In this document: piece after piece, positions 1 to 8,731 of the stretch
Position numbering within the stretch: the first letter of the stretch is position 1
Layout: each line of letters opens with the position of its first letter
From: a virus
Lineage: Duplodnaviria; Caudoviricetes
Virus record (IMG/VR): IMGVR_UViG_3300030097_000532
Coordinates: 1-35,705 of that record
DNA length: 35,705 bases
Reading direction: 5' to 3' (one strand)
The notes under the pieces: model-generated
What the model was told of the DNA's origin: nothing
Seen by the model: the letters and a program-made list of their open reading frames with translations, nothing else
Database searches by the model: none
Position numbers and translations under genes: made by a program

Positions 1-44
1 TAAGGATCATGAGATCTTACCCCTAGTTAGCCACTAAAGCAGAG

Positions 45-70
45 AGAACCGGCTCCGGCCGGTTTCTTTG
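45..70 (+). terminator. Probable intrinsic terminator (duplicated at ~35527-35552) after the 63-aa ORF
   Basis: AACCGGC-loop-GCCGGTT stem followed by TCTTT. Confidence 0.55.
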
Positions 71-139
71 GCCCTAGCTAAGCCAATCAACGGAGTGGTA
101 TAGAATCCTCACTGTAATGCCGAACTCCGCCCCGACCAA

Positions 140-249
140 GTTGCCATACGTTGCACCGCGTTGCCCTATAGAGCACTGCACTACGTTGCCATACGTTGCC
201 CTATGTCGCACTACCATACGTTGCCATACGTTGCACTACCATACACTAC
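140..249. repeat. Array of 22 degenerate pentamer modules (GTTGC/CATAC/ACTAC/CCTAT...)
   Basis: Parses in exact 5-nt register; the right-end copy lacks exactly 7 units. Confidence 0.85.
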
Positions 250-378
250 ATGTATCGTAGGGTAGGGTACCCCCCCGCCGGGATACCCCCGGTCGTATAT
301 AATACCCACACCCCCACTAGACCCAGAACCAACTAACACACTGCGTCATGAATCTCGGGTTAGCCCCTCACTTTTTCC

Positions 379-405
379 GGGTTAGGGTAGTTAGGGTAGT
401 TAGGG
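379..405 (+). repeat. GGGTTAGGGTAGTTAGGGTAGTTAGGG: 9-nt tandem repeat, canonical G-quadruplex motif
   Basis: Four G3 tracts with 3/6/6-nt loops, read directly. Confidence 0.8.
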
Positions 406-485
406 TACCTCGCCCCTTCTTTCCTGGGAATCCAATCTCCCTATGTAAATTGAAACTTCATCTTTAAATTCCCTTGGTTAGCTTC

Positions 486-514
486 TTGCGCCAGCTTCTG
501 GCTGAGAGTACAAT
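486..514 (+). promoter_or_regulatory. Sigma70-type promoter for the packaging/structural operon
   Basis: TTGCGC-17nt-TACAAT, ~100 nt upstream of the first ORF. Confidence 0.65.
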
Positions 515-520
515 GGTTGA

Positions 521-603
521 AAGTATTTCATTCCGTGATGTACCTTTGTTGTTGTTGCGGGGACTCGTTCTGAACCTTCGGGTCCCCGCTTTGGCTTCGG
601 CCA
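521..603 (+). ncRNA. Structured late leader or candidate antisense sRNA complementary to early-gene RBS regions
   Basis: ACCTTTGTTGTTGTTG tract (542-557); 11-bp stem 557-567/579-589 with loop TTCTGAACCTT; UUCG hairpin 592-603. Confidence 0.5.
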
Positions 604-616
604 GCCGGGAGGCAAG

Positions 617-1015
617 TTGAGCAAGAAACCGAAGACCCCACTTTCGATTAACTACGACACCATTCGTCTCGAAGAAGAGCAGTCCCTAGAGATTGAGGCT
701 AAAGAAGTCGAGATCAATAAAGAGCTGTCCAAGGTAGAGATCTCTCTCCTCCCATCCCTCCATTCCATGATGAGTAGTGGCTACTCGATTATCGACGAAG
801 AGCTTCACCGCTTAAAAGGCAAAGCCAAGACTCGCGGACTGGATGCCTTGGACGGAAAGAACTTTGCGCTATTAACCAATTCCCTGGTCAAGCTTGCCAA
901 CCTCGAAATGAATATAAGAGAGCAGAGTGAACTAGAAACCCTCGACGACGAGAAGATTCATACCTTGGCTGCCGAGGTCCTAGCCAAGCAGATTGGGGGT
1001 AAAGGTGGAAGATAG
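617..1015 (+). CDS. Putative terminase small subunit
   Basis: 132-aa helical protein, GGAGG RBS before TTG, first gene of the operon containing TerL; positional call only. Confidence 0.5.
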   Translation: MSKKPKTPLSINYDTIRLEEEQSLEIEAKEVEINKELSKVEISLLPSLHSMMSSGYSIIDEELHRLKGKAKTRGLDALDGKNFALLTNSLVKLANLEMNIREQSELETLDDEKIHTLAAEVLAKQIGGKGGR

Positions 1016-1514
1016 CGCTTATCAGGTAGTCGAGCAATTGCCGGTCAGGATCCGAAAAGCGTATGAGGCGGATGCTCCCTTTATCTATAAGAGCTGGGTC
1101 CAAAGTTACCAGGGGCAAAACAAAGACATCCCGAAGAAAGCCATATCTCGGATGCACAAGACAGTGATCAAAAGATTGCTGGCCGAGAGCACGACGGTTG
1201 TCGCCTGCGGAGATAGCGCCGACACAGAGAACGATATCTACAGTTGGCTGACAGCACGCAGGACCCAAAAATTTCTGGTGGTCCACTTTTGTTATACCAA
1301 AGCCCCGTTTAGAAAATGGGGATTGCTCAACTCTTTGCTGAAGGTCTTTGAGTACAATCAAGGCGAAGCTGTTCTTGCCAGCCACAAGTCCTACATAATC
1401 AAAGAGCTTAAGCCCAAACACAACATAATGTATGTGCCTCATTTGCAGATGCATAACGGTCTTGTCGACCTGGAGACTTTATATGAAACTCAAAATGGTG
1501 ATATTGACGTCTGA
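993..1514 (+). CDS. GNAT-like acetyltransferase (true start may be GTG 1005)
   Basis: IRKAYEADAPFI N-terminal motif and VHFCYTKAPFRKWGLLNSLL resembling GNAT acetyl-CoA-binding motif A. Confidence 0.65.
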   Translation: MGVKVEDSAYQVVEQLPVRIRKAYEADAPFIYKSWVQSYQGQNKDIPKKAISRMHKTVIKRLLAESTTVVACGDSADTENDIYSWLTARRTQKFLVVHFCYTKAPFRKWGLLNSLLKVFEYNQGEAVLASHKSYIIKELKPKHNIMYVPHLQMHNGLVDLETLYETQNGDIDV

Positions 1515-1761
1515 CGCCCGGTCCATCGGTGGCCATACCTCGTTCAGCAACAACATTCGTGGCCAGGAAGATTTCTTGATTGAATACAATGAAGAGATGC
1601 GGATGGTCACAGTGACTACAGGTAAAGGACAGTTCATCATCCCTCTTACCTCGATCAGCCACATGCAAGCTGACGATGAAGTGAAAAGCCTAGTTGTGCG
1701 CAGAAGAAAACGTAGTAAGATTGTGGTGAAACCAAGTCCGGTGGTCGAAGCGGTTGTCTAA
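1483..1761 (+). CDS. Hypothetical protein (92 aa)
   Basis: GGAG RBS before ATG 1483; fills the gap between GNAT and TerL. Confidence 0.7.
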   Translation: MKLKMVILTSDARSIGGHTSFSNNIRGQEDFLIEYNEEMRMVTVTTGKGQFIIPLTSISHMQADDEVKSLVVRRRKRSKIVVKPSPVVEAVV

Positions 1762-1795
1762 CACTCGCGGAGTCTCCGCAAAGTGAGAGAGGCGG

Positions 1796-3271
1796 TTGTC
1801 TAAAAAGAAACAAATACTTGATGGGCGAGCCGTACTCGGTGAACTCATCAAACGCCATGGTGGACTGAAGCCACCAGAGGATGCCGTCGCGGGAAACCGG
1901 ACCTATCCTTGGCGCAAAGATTTGTTCAACAAGCAACTCGCACTGATTGACGACGACTCGAAGTTCAAAGCCGCGCTCTGTTCCCGTCGAGCAGGTAAGA
2001 CTCACACCTGCTGCTACTATATGATCGAAGAGGCGTTCAAGAATCCGAACTCCATCGTAGCCTACATCGCCATTACTAGGCAGGTTGCCAAGCGGTTGAT
2101 GTGGAGCCTCCTCAAGCAAGCGAACCGGCAGTACCACATAGGGATGAAGTTCAATAACGTTGAACTGATTGCCACCATGAAGAATGGATCTCAGATTATC
2201 CTGAACGGAGCCAACGACGAGGCTGATGTCGATAAGCTACGGGGATCTGGCTACCCACTGGTTATCATCGATGAAGCCGCGAGTTATGGACCCTTCCTGA
2301 CTGGCCTTATTGAAGAGGTTATAGAACCGGCACTAATTGACTACAACGGAACCCTAATGCTGACCGGGACTCCCAACGCAAGATGCTCCGGGTATTTCTA
2401 CGATGCCACGACTAATCCAAAATACGAATACTCCGTCCACAAATGGACAGTAAGAGAGAATCCCTACATTCCGCATGCCGCAGAGTTTCTATCCAAGAAG
2501 CTCCAGAAGAGAAACTGGACCGAAGATAATCCGGTCTTCCAGAGAGAGTGGTGCGGCAAGTGGGTGAAGTCATTCGACTCGCTAATATATAAATATACAG
2601 ATGAGAACATTTATATGGAGGCACCCGATGATTCAGCAGATTGGGAATATGTGCTTGGAGTGGATTTGGGTTATGCGGACGCCACTGCTTTTGTTATCTT
2701 GGGATTTAGTCGGGATATGCCGGAATGCTATGTCGTGGAGACCCACAAAGAATCTAAGATGATCCCTACCCAAATAGCCCATAAGATTGTCGAGCTGACT
2801 GAGCATTTCAACTTCGTCTCAGTTGTTGCCGATACAGGCGGACTAGGCCGGTCCATCGTAGAGGAAATAAGACAACGATTTGGAGTCCCTGTCCAAGCTG
2901 CCGAAAAAAGTAAGAAGGCAACGTTTATCGAGCTGATGAATGATGATCTCTTCTCCAATAGAGTGATGGTCCCGGCAAACTGTCCGATCCTCGATGAATG
3001 GGATGTCTTGCAGTGGGACGAAAGCAGACTGAAGGAAGATGGGAGATTCGAGAACCACCTTTCAGATGCCGCGCTCTATGCTTGGCGGGAATGCCGCCAT
3101 TTCACCTACAAGGCTCCGACCGTAAGGCCGAAGTATGGAACGCCAGAGTACTGGAGCATGGTAGAGCAACAATACATCGGACAACTAGAGAAAGACTTAA
3201 CTGGTGATAGACAACCAGAGGCGTGTAGGATGGCGAGTGTCTTAGCTGAGGCACAGGATAATTATCACTAG
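1796..3271 (+). CDS. terL: Terminase large subunit
   Basis: Walker A CSRRAGKT, Walker B VIIDEA, motif III LTGTP, nuclease motifs GVDLG and HLSDA. Confidence 0.95.
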   Translation: MSKKKQILDGRAVLGELIKRHGGLKPPEDAVAGNRTYPWRKDLFNKQLALIDDDSKFKAALCSRRAGKTHTCCYYMIEEAFKNPNSIVAYIAITRQVAKRLMWSLLKQANRQYHIGMKFNNVELIATMKNGSQIILNGANDEADVDKLRGSGYPLVIIDEAASYGPFLTGLIEEVIEPALIDYNGTLMLTGTPNARCSGYFYDATTNPKYEYSVHKWTVRENPYIPHAAEFLSKKLQKRNWTEDNPVFQREWCGKWVKSFDSLIYKYTDENIYMEAPDDSADWEYVLGVDLGYADATAFVILGFSRDMPECYVVETHKESKMIPTQIAHKIVELTEHFNFVSVVADTGGLGRSIVEEIRQRFGVPVQAAEKSKKATFIELMNDDLFSNRVMVPANCPILDEWDVLQWDESRLKEDGRFENHLSDAALYAWRECRHFTYKAPTVRPKYGTPEYWSMVEQQYIGQLEKDLTGDRQPEACRMASVLAEAQDNYH

Positions 3272-3279
3272 GGGAAATC

Positions 3280-4173
3280 ATGGTTGAGAAACCTTATATG
3301 CTCGAAGAAATTCGAGACTCAAAGCGCCCCCTCTCTGTCTCGGTTAGCGGAGGGAAGGACTCCATGGCTACGGCATTATGGGTTAAAGAACTCGGGCTCC
3401 ATGAAACCAACCCCGTGTCCTACGTCTATGCGGACACAGGATGGGAGCATCCAGACCTCACCAAGTATATCGATGAAGTTGTTAGGCCGATGTTCGCACC
3501 AGATTTTCACACGGTGAAGTCTACCAAGTACCCAAACGGGATGAGAGATCTCATCATGGCGAAGTCAGCATTCCCGTCAGGGAGGATGCGCTTTTGCACC
3601 ACGGAGCTAAAGATAGTCCCGATTAGAGCCTACCTAGACACACTTGAAAACCCAATCAACGTGGTCGGCATCCGCGCCCAAGAGAGTCATAGGCGTTCGA
3701 AGATGGATGAGTTTGAGCCCGGTGGACCGCTGGGAGTTGACTGCTGGCGCCCCCTCATTGATTGGATATTGGGTGACGTGATTGCGATTCACAAAAGGCA
3801 CGGGATTAAACCATGCCCGCTCTACTACCGAAAAAGGCTACCGCTTTCTCGTGTAGGGTGTGACCCATGCATCTTCTCTAAAAAGAAAGAGATCCGCTCG
3901 ATCCGCCCTGAGAGGCTAGACGACATCCGAGGGCTAGAGAAGGGCCTTAAGGAAAAATTCCGGCAGAAAAACCCAGACGACGAACGAGTTCCGACGTTCT
4001 TCTCTACGAAGAACGCCACGAAGCCGTATACTATAGACGAAGCATTCAAATGGTCTCAGACATCCCATGGAGGGAAAAAGATTGAGATGTTTCTGCCGGA
4101 AGACGGCCAGCAAGGATGCGCCTATTGGGGGCTTTGTGATCTCCCCGATAAGAATGGTGAATACATCCCATGA
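3280..4173 (+). CDS. PAPS-reductase-family (CysH/DndC-like) adenine-nucleotide alpha-hydrolase
   Basis: PP-loop SVSGGKDS, DTGWE, RFCT, GIRAQES, PLIDW, RVGCDPC. Confidence 0.9.
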   Translation: MVEKPYMLEEIRDSKRPLSVSVSGGKDSMATALWVKELGLHETNPVSYVYADTGWEHPDLTKYIDEVVRPMFAPDFHTVKSTKYPNGMRDLIMAKSAFPSGRMRFCTTELKIVPIRAYLDTLENPINVVGIRAQESHRRSKMDEFEPGGPLGVDCWRPLIDWILGDVIAIHKRHGIKPCPLYYRKRLPLSRVGCDPCIFSKKKEIRSIRPERLDDIRGLEKGLKEKFRQKNPDDERVPTFFSTKNATKPYTIDEAFKWSQTSHGGKKIEMFLPEDGQQGCAYWGLCDLPDKNGEYIP

Positions 4174-4199
4174 GAAAATCTAACTAAGGGGAAATAGAA

Positions 4200-6077
4200 A
4201 TGGAAGAACGAATTTTTTGGTGGCAGGCAAGAGAGAAGGACTCTCATGATTTTGTCTTTGATCTGCTGAACGCGATGCAAAGAGATTATGGCCACATATC
4301 GAGCCTCAACCTACAGCACTATAGGTCTTACAACGACGAAAATACTCCGTCGCTGAATCTGGTTGGAGTCTCAAGGCCACAAGGAGCGGGATCTCACAGA
4401 CCGGTCACGTTCAACGTCATCAAGTCGATGTGCGATACGGTCCAGGCGAAGATTGCGAAGAATAGGCCCCGTTGCACATTCCTCACTTCGGGCGGAGACT
4501 TTTCTCAGCAAAGAAAAGGCAAGCTCCTAGAGAAATTTTGCGATGGCCAATTTTACCGGACCAAGCTCTACGAAGTCGCCCCAGAGGTCTTTATGGACTC
4601 GTGCGTTTTTGGGACTGGCGTCTTGAAAGTGTACGAACACAACTCGGATATTTTATGTGAGCGAGTTTTCCCCGAAGAGATTATGGTGTCGATCGAGGAA
4701 GCCAAGTATAAGAAGCCAAGAAGTATTTTTCAGGTCAAAGCGGTTCCTCGTGATGTTCTGACATACACCTATCCGGAGTATGCAGATCGAATCAAAGAAT
4801 CGTCCACATTTGAGACTGAGGAGTATAACGCCGGTTCTAATGTTAACGAGATGGTCCAAGTAGTCGAGGCTTGGCACCTTCCTAGTATTGAGGGTGCCCC
4901 GGATGGTCGCCACGTAATCTGCTTGGAAAATCTAACGCTCTTGGATGAGAAGTATGAGCACAATTATTTTCCTTTCGTTTTTCTGCGTTGGTCTGATCGT
5001 CTGCTCGGATTCTGGGGTCAGGGACTCGCTGAACAGCTTATGGGAATTCAGCTCGAAATCAACACGCTCCTTCAGAACATTCAGCAACAGATGCATTTGG
5101 CGAAGCCGAAGGTTTTTCTTGAAACTGGGTCACAAATAGCCGATCACCAGATTAACAACGAAGAGTGGGGTATCGTCGACTACATTGGCCAGCCTCCTGT
5201 CTTCTACGTACCAAAAACAGTCTCTGGAGAGGTGTTTTCTCACTTAGACCGACTTTTTAACCGTGCTTATCAAATATCAGGGGTAAGTGAGCTTGCTGCG
5301 ATGTCGAAAAAGCCCGCTGGGCTTGAATCAGCAGTCGCTCTTCGAGAATTTTCCGATATTGAGACAGAGCGCTTTATGATTGTGGCTCAGAACTACGAGA
5401 ATATGTTCATGGAAGCCGCCAGGCAGATGATTGACCTCGCCCGGAAGATTGCTGAACGAGGCGATGATTATGAGGTCGTAAGTAGCGGCGATAAGTATAT
5501 CGAGCAGATTAAGTGGAAAGATATCGATCTCCGCGAAGAGCAATACGTCATGAAGATATGGCCTACGTCGCTATTGCCGCAAACCCCTGCCGGTAAGCTT
5601 CAGAAGGTCATCGAGCTTGCGCAAAGTGGGATTATCCAAGATCCCGGCACTATTTTGAAGCTCCTCGACTATCCAGACATCGAATCGGTCACTCAGTATA
5701 TGACGGCAGATCAAGACGAGATTGATATGCTCATCGAGAACATGGTGGACAAAGGGAAATACGTTCAACCGGAACCGTACAGCAATTTGGCTTTATCGGT
5801 GAAGCGGGTACAGCAGGCTTATTTACGCGCAAAAATAAACAATGTACCTGATGAACGTATGTCGCTTTTACGCCGTTATATCGATGACTGTATGGCGCTC
5901 ATGGCTTCCATGGCGCAGGCAGCCCAACCCCAGATGCCCCCAGAAGGGGTTGGGTCTGCTTTACCACCCGAAGCAGGAGGAGAATTACCTCCTGAAGCAG
6001 GGGGTGCTTTGCCCCCTGAGATTGAGGCAGCAATGCCTTCGGAACCAGAGGCACTCCCGCCTCAAGACTTGCAGTAA
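4200..6077 (+). CDS. Portal protein
   Basis: 625 aa between TerL and scaffold; FGTGVLKV and FWGQGLAEQL portal-like segments; Pro-rich PPEAGG-repeat tail. Confidence 0.88.
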   Translation: MEERIFWWQAREKDSHDFVFDLLNAMQRDYGHISSLNLQHYRSYNDENTPSLNLVGVSRPQGAGSHRPVTFNVIKSMCDTVQAKIAKNRPRCTFLTSGGDFSQQRKGKLLEKFCDGQFYRTKLYEVAPEVFMDSCVFGTGVLKVYEHNSDILCERVFPEEIMVSIEEAKYKKPRSIFQVKAVPRDVLTYTYPEYADRIKESSTFETEEYNAGSNVNEMVQVVEAWHLPSIEGAPDGRHVICLENLTLLDEKYEHNYFPFVFLRWSDRLLGFWGQGLAEQLMGIQLEINTLLQNIQQQMHLAKPKVFLETGSQIADHQINNEEWGIVDYIGQPPVFYVPKTVSGEVFSHLDRLFNRAYQISGVSELAAMSKKPAGLESAVALREFSDIETERFMIVAQNYENMFMEAARQMIDLARKIAERGDDYEVVSSGDKYIEQIKWKDIDLREEQYVMKIWPTSLLPQTPAGKLQKVIELAQSGIIQDPGTILKLLDYPDIESVTQYMTADQDEIDMLIENMVDKGKYVQPEPYSNLALSVKRVQQAYLRAKINNVPDERMSLLRRYIDDCMALMASMAQAAQPQMPPEGVGSALPPEAGGELPPEAGGALPPEIEAAMPSEPEALPPQDLQ

Positions 6078-6086
6078 GGAGACAGG

Positions 6087-7070
6087 ATGCAAATGGCCCA
6101 GGACCACCTTCAAGAGACAATTGATCATGTAAACGGACTAATGGCAGAGAGAGCAGGGGCAACTTCGGTTCCTGAGCCGGGAATCGAACCCGCAGCAGAT
6201 ACCGCAATTGCGGTGGCGGAGGAGGCTTCCCCTGAGAAAGAGCAGGAGCCGGAGGAAATCACCCCTGTAAAAGAGCCGGAAGGCACCACAAAGGACTTTA
6301 GCCGAAGATTCGCGCAACTGGCGAAGCGGGAAAAGGGTGTTAGGCGGAGCCAAGAAGACTACAAAAAGCTCCAGCAGGAGGTTGAGGAATTAAGGTCTAA
6401 GCAGGGCAACCCTAATGACGCAGCCAGAGAGCTTGAAGAACTGCGGAAGATTGCCGCCGAGAACCCCAGGGAGTTATTGTCGCGGCTCGATCTCGACTAC
6501 CAGAGACTGTCGGAAGACATCCTTAGTGGCAACAAGAAGCCCGATGACTATAAGCGAGACTCCAGTATTGATAAGCTTCTGAACCGAATTGACCAACTTG
6601 AGTCAAAGTTAAGTAGTCGTGAAGAACAAGAGGTTGTTTCGAAGCAGGAAACCGCGTACAATAATTTCATTGACGAAATCCGCAATTTCGTTGAAACTAA
6701 CAATGAAGACTTTGAGCTTATACATTCTAGAGACGCGCACGGATTAGTCGCGGAAGTAATGCAGGAGCATTATAACTCGTCCGGGCAAGTTTTGGAGTAT
6801 AAGCAGGCGGCGCAACTAGTCGAGGATCACCTCGAAGAGGAAGCCCGCAGTTACTTTGGCAGCAAGAAAATAGCCAAAAAATATAAAGATTCCTTTGGGA
6901 ACGAAGCGAAAACAGAAGCCCCTCGGCAGCCAGATTCAAGGCCGAAAACATTATCAAATTCAGTTGCGGCGGTCGGAATGACCACGGACGGCGAAGCTCA
7001 CTCTAAACCAATGTCTAGAGACGAGCACCTCGACCATCTTGCCCGCAGCTATAAGTTTTTCGGCGAATAG
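6087..7070 (+). CDS. Capsid scaffolding protein
   Basis: Acidic coiled-coil 327-aa protein between portal and capsid genes. Confidence 0.75.
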   Translation: MQMAQDHLQETIDHVNGLMAERAGATSVPEPGIEPAADTAIAVAEEASPEKEQEPEEITPVKEPEGTTKDFSRRFAQLAKREKGVRRSQEDYKKLQQEVEELRSKQGNPNDAARELEELRKIAAENPRELLSRLDLDYQRLSEDILSGNKKPDDYKRDSSIDKLLNRIDQLESKLSSREEQEVVSKQETAYNNFIDEIRNFVETNNEDFELIHSRDAHGLVAEVMQEHYNSSGQVLEYKQAAQLVEDHLEEEARSYFGSKKIAKKYKDSFGNEAKTEAPRQPDSRPKTLSNSVAAVGMTTDGEAHSKPMSRDEHLDHLARSYKFFGE

Positions 7071-7117
7071 GCGGCGCACTGTCTCCTATCGCTTAATTCG
7101 CGACCAAGGAGAATAGA

Positions 7118-8347
7118 ATGGCAGCCCCATTAGATCTTGCCACCGTATCAGAAGCGGTAAAACAGCATTACAAAGATTTTCGAATTAAGGACCTTGTTTA
7201 CAAAAACAATCCCTTTTACGCATTAATCCCTAAATACGAGAAATTCGGCGGTTTGAATATGCCGATTCCTCTGCTCTACGGAAACCCTCAAAACGTTTCA
7301 GCCGACTTTGAAATTGCGCAGGGAGAAACATCAACATCGAGCTTGGGTCAGTTCCTTTTGACCCGAGTTAAGAACTACTCAGTTGCTTCCATTACTGGCG
7401 AAACAATCAAGGCCACCGAAGGGAAGGCAGACTCTTTCATTCGGTACCTGACCATGGAAATTGACGGAGCGATTCATGCACTTAGTCGTGACCTCGCTGT
7501 CCAGCTCTTCCGTGATGGCGGCGGGTACTTGGGTCGAGTTGGGGCGGACAACGACAACTCCACGACCTGCGACCTGACCAACCCTGAAGATATCGCAAAC
7601 TTTGAAGTTGGGATGACCCTGATCTTTGCATCAAACACCGGCGGAAACACACACGCAAGTACAGGCGGCGGTGTGATTTCAGAGATTGACCGGACAAATA
7701 GCAAGCTTACATTTAGCGCTGCAACTTCGGGCTTTTCTGCTGATGACTACATCTTCCGATCTGGGACTCAGGCTGGCGCAACACTCGACTCCGATAGCGC
7801 TAAAGCCATTATGGGCCTAGATGGATGGATTCCGTCTGCTGCTCCTAGTGCAACGGCGTTTTTCGGCCAGGTTAGGACAAAGGATACGGAGCGACTGGGC
7901 GGCATCCGCTTTGACGGGTCTGCAATGCCAATCGAAGAGGCCTTGGTCTCCGCAGCAGGCAAGGCAGCCCGAGCTGGTGCTCGACCAGATACATGCCTCA
8001 TGAGTTATGAGTCATACATCAACCTAGAAAAGTCTCTTGGATCAAGAGTTCGCTATGACGAGCTTAAGGCAAGGGATGTTGACGTCGGGTTCAGAAGCCT
8101 CGCAGTCCAAGGACCAAACGGAGTTATCAATGTTGTCCCTGACCAGAACTGTCAGCCAGACGTTGCATGGGTGCTTCAGCTTGACACCTGGTCTCTGAAC
8201 TCGCTTGGCGGAGCACCTCACATCCTTGATCTGGACGGAAACAGAATCTTGCGGCAGGCGCAAAAAGATGCCTACGAAGTCCGAATCGGCTTCTACGGTA
8301 ACGTTGCATGTAATGCCCCAGGATTTAATGTTCGCGTTGCACTTTAA
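7118..8347 (+). CDS. Major capsid protein (HK97 fold)
   Basis: 409 aa, directly after scaffold; capsid-like segments IMGLDGWI and YEVRIGFYGNVACNAP. Confidence 0.88.
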   Translation: MAAPLDLATVSEAVKQHYKDFRIKDLVYKNNPFYALIPKYEKFGGLNMPIPLLYGNPQNVSADFEIAQGETSTSSLGQFLLTRVKNYSVASITGETIKATEGKADSFIRYLTMEIDGAIHALSRDLAVQLFRDGGGYLGRVGADNDNSTTCDLTNPEDIANFEVGMTLIFASNTGGNTHASTGGGVISEIDRTNSKLTFSAATSGFSADDYIFRSGTQAGATLDSDSAKAIMGLDGWIPSAAPSATAFFGQVRTKDTERLGGIRFDGSAMPIEEALVSAAGKAARAGARPDTCLMSYESYINLEKSLGSRVRYDELKARDVDVGFRSLAVQGPNGVINVVPDQNCQPDVAWVLQLDTWSLNSLGGAPHILDLDGNRILRQAQKDAYEVRIGFYGNVACNAPGFNVRVAL

Positions 8348-8358
8348 GGAGGTGAACT

Positions 8359-8721
8359 ATGGCTAATCGGTCATTTAAAAGCGTCAACGCGATACAGCAG
8401 GATGTTATCATCTTTGCGTGTAAGGCGACCATTGGCGCGGGAACTGCCGTGACCCTGACTAACGGGATGGGCGCAAGTGCTGCATGGGCAAGTACTGTTC
8501 TGACGGTGACAATGGATGATAAGTACAACGCCCTTCTTGGGCTCTCAGTTGTTGTGTCGTCTCCTGCCGGCGGTGGAACCAACCCAACCCAGGTGCTTTC
8601 TTATACTGATTCAGCAATAAACACTACCGGTGTTGTTGCACTAACGTTTGACCAAGCCCTTACGGAAAACGACGTTGTTTCAGTTATGTTTGTCCTGAAG
8701 AACTCAAGTGTAACACCATAG
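8359..8721 (+). CDS. Probable capsid decoration/minor head protein
   Basis: Strong AGGAGGT RBS immediately after MCP; small beta-rich T/V/A protein. Confidence 0.55.
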   Translation: MANRSFKSVNAIQQDVIIFACKATIGAGTAVTLTNGMGASAAWASTVLTVTMDDKYNALLGLSVVVSSPAGGGTNPTQVLSYTDSAINTTGVVALTFDQALTENDVVSVMFVLKNSSVTP

Positions 8722-8731
8722 GAGATACGTC

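Larger units (their letters stand above)
1..258. repeat. Left copy of imperfect terminal direct repeat
   Basis: Aligns to 35483-35705 with 5 substitutions (57, 87, 103, 109, 118) and a 35-nt insertion (155-189). Confidence 0.95.

Noticed and set aside
140-249. CRISPR-like array
   Set aside because: Units are 5 nt with no constant repeat/unique spacer alternation, and there are no cas genes.
1-258. Divergent repeat pair as a diversity-generating retroelement TR/VR
   Set aside because: Substitutions are not adenine-specific on either strand and no reverse transcriptase is encoded.
379-405. Eukaryotic telomere or contamination
   Set aside because: Only three TTAGGG within a 9-nt repeat, internal to a clearly phage context.
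478-531. Minus-strand 17-aa micro-ORF (MKYFQPLYSQ...) using the CAACAACAAAGG tract as RBS
   Set aside because: SD-ATG spacing is long (~11 nt), it overlies the + strand promoter, no minus-strand promoter was found, and it does not explain the hairpin loop. Kept only as an alternative hypothesis.
3280-4173. Complete Dnd/Ssp phosphorothioation system or sulfate-assimilation AMG
   Set aside because: No cysteine desulfurase, DndD/E or other cys genes are present; family membership alone does not fix function.
5935-6030. PPEAGG repeats at the portal C-terminus
   Set aside because: Low-complexity disordered tails are common in portals; nothing further supports a special role.
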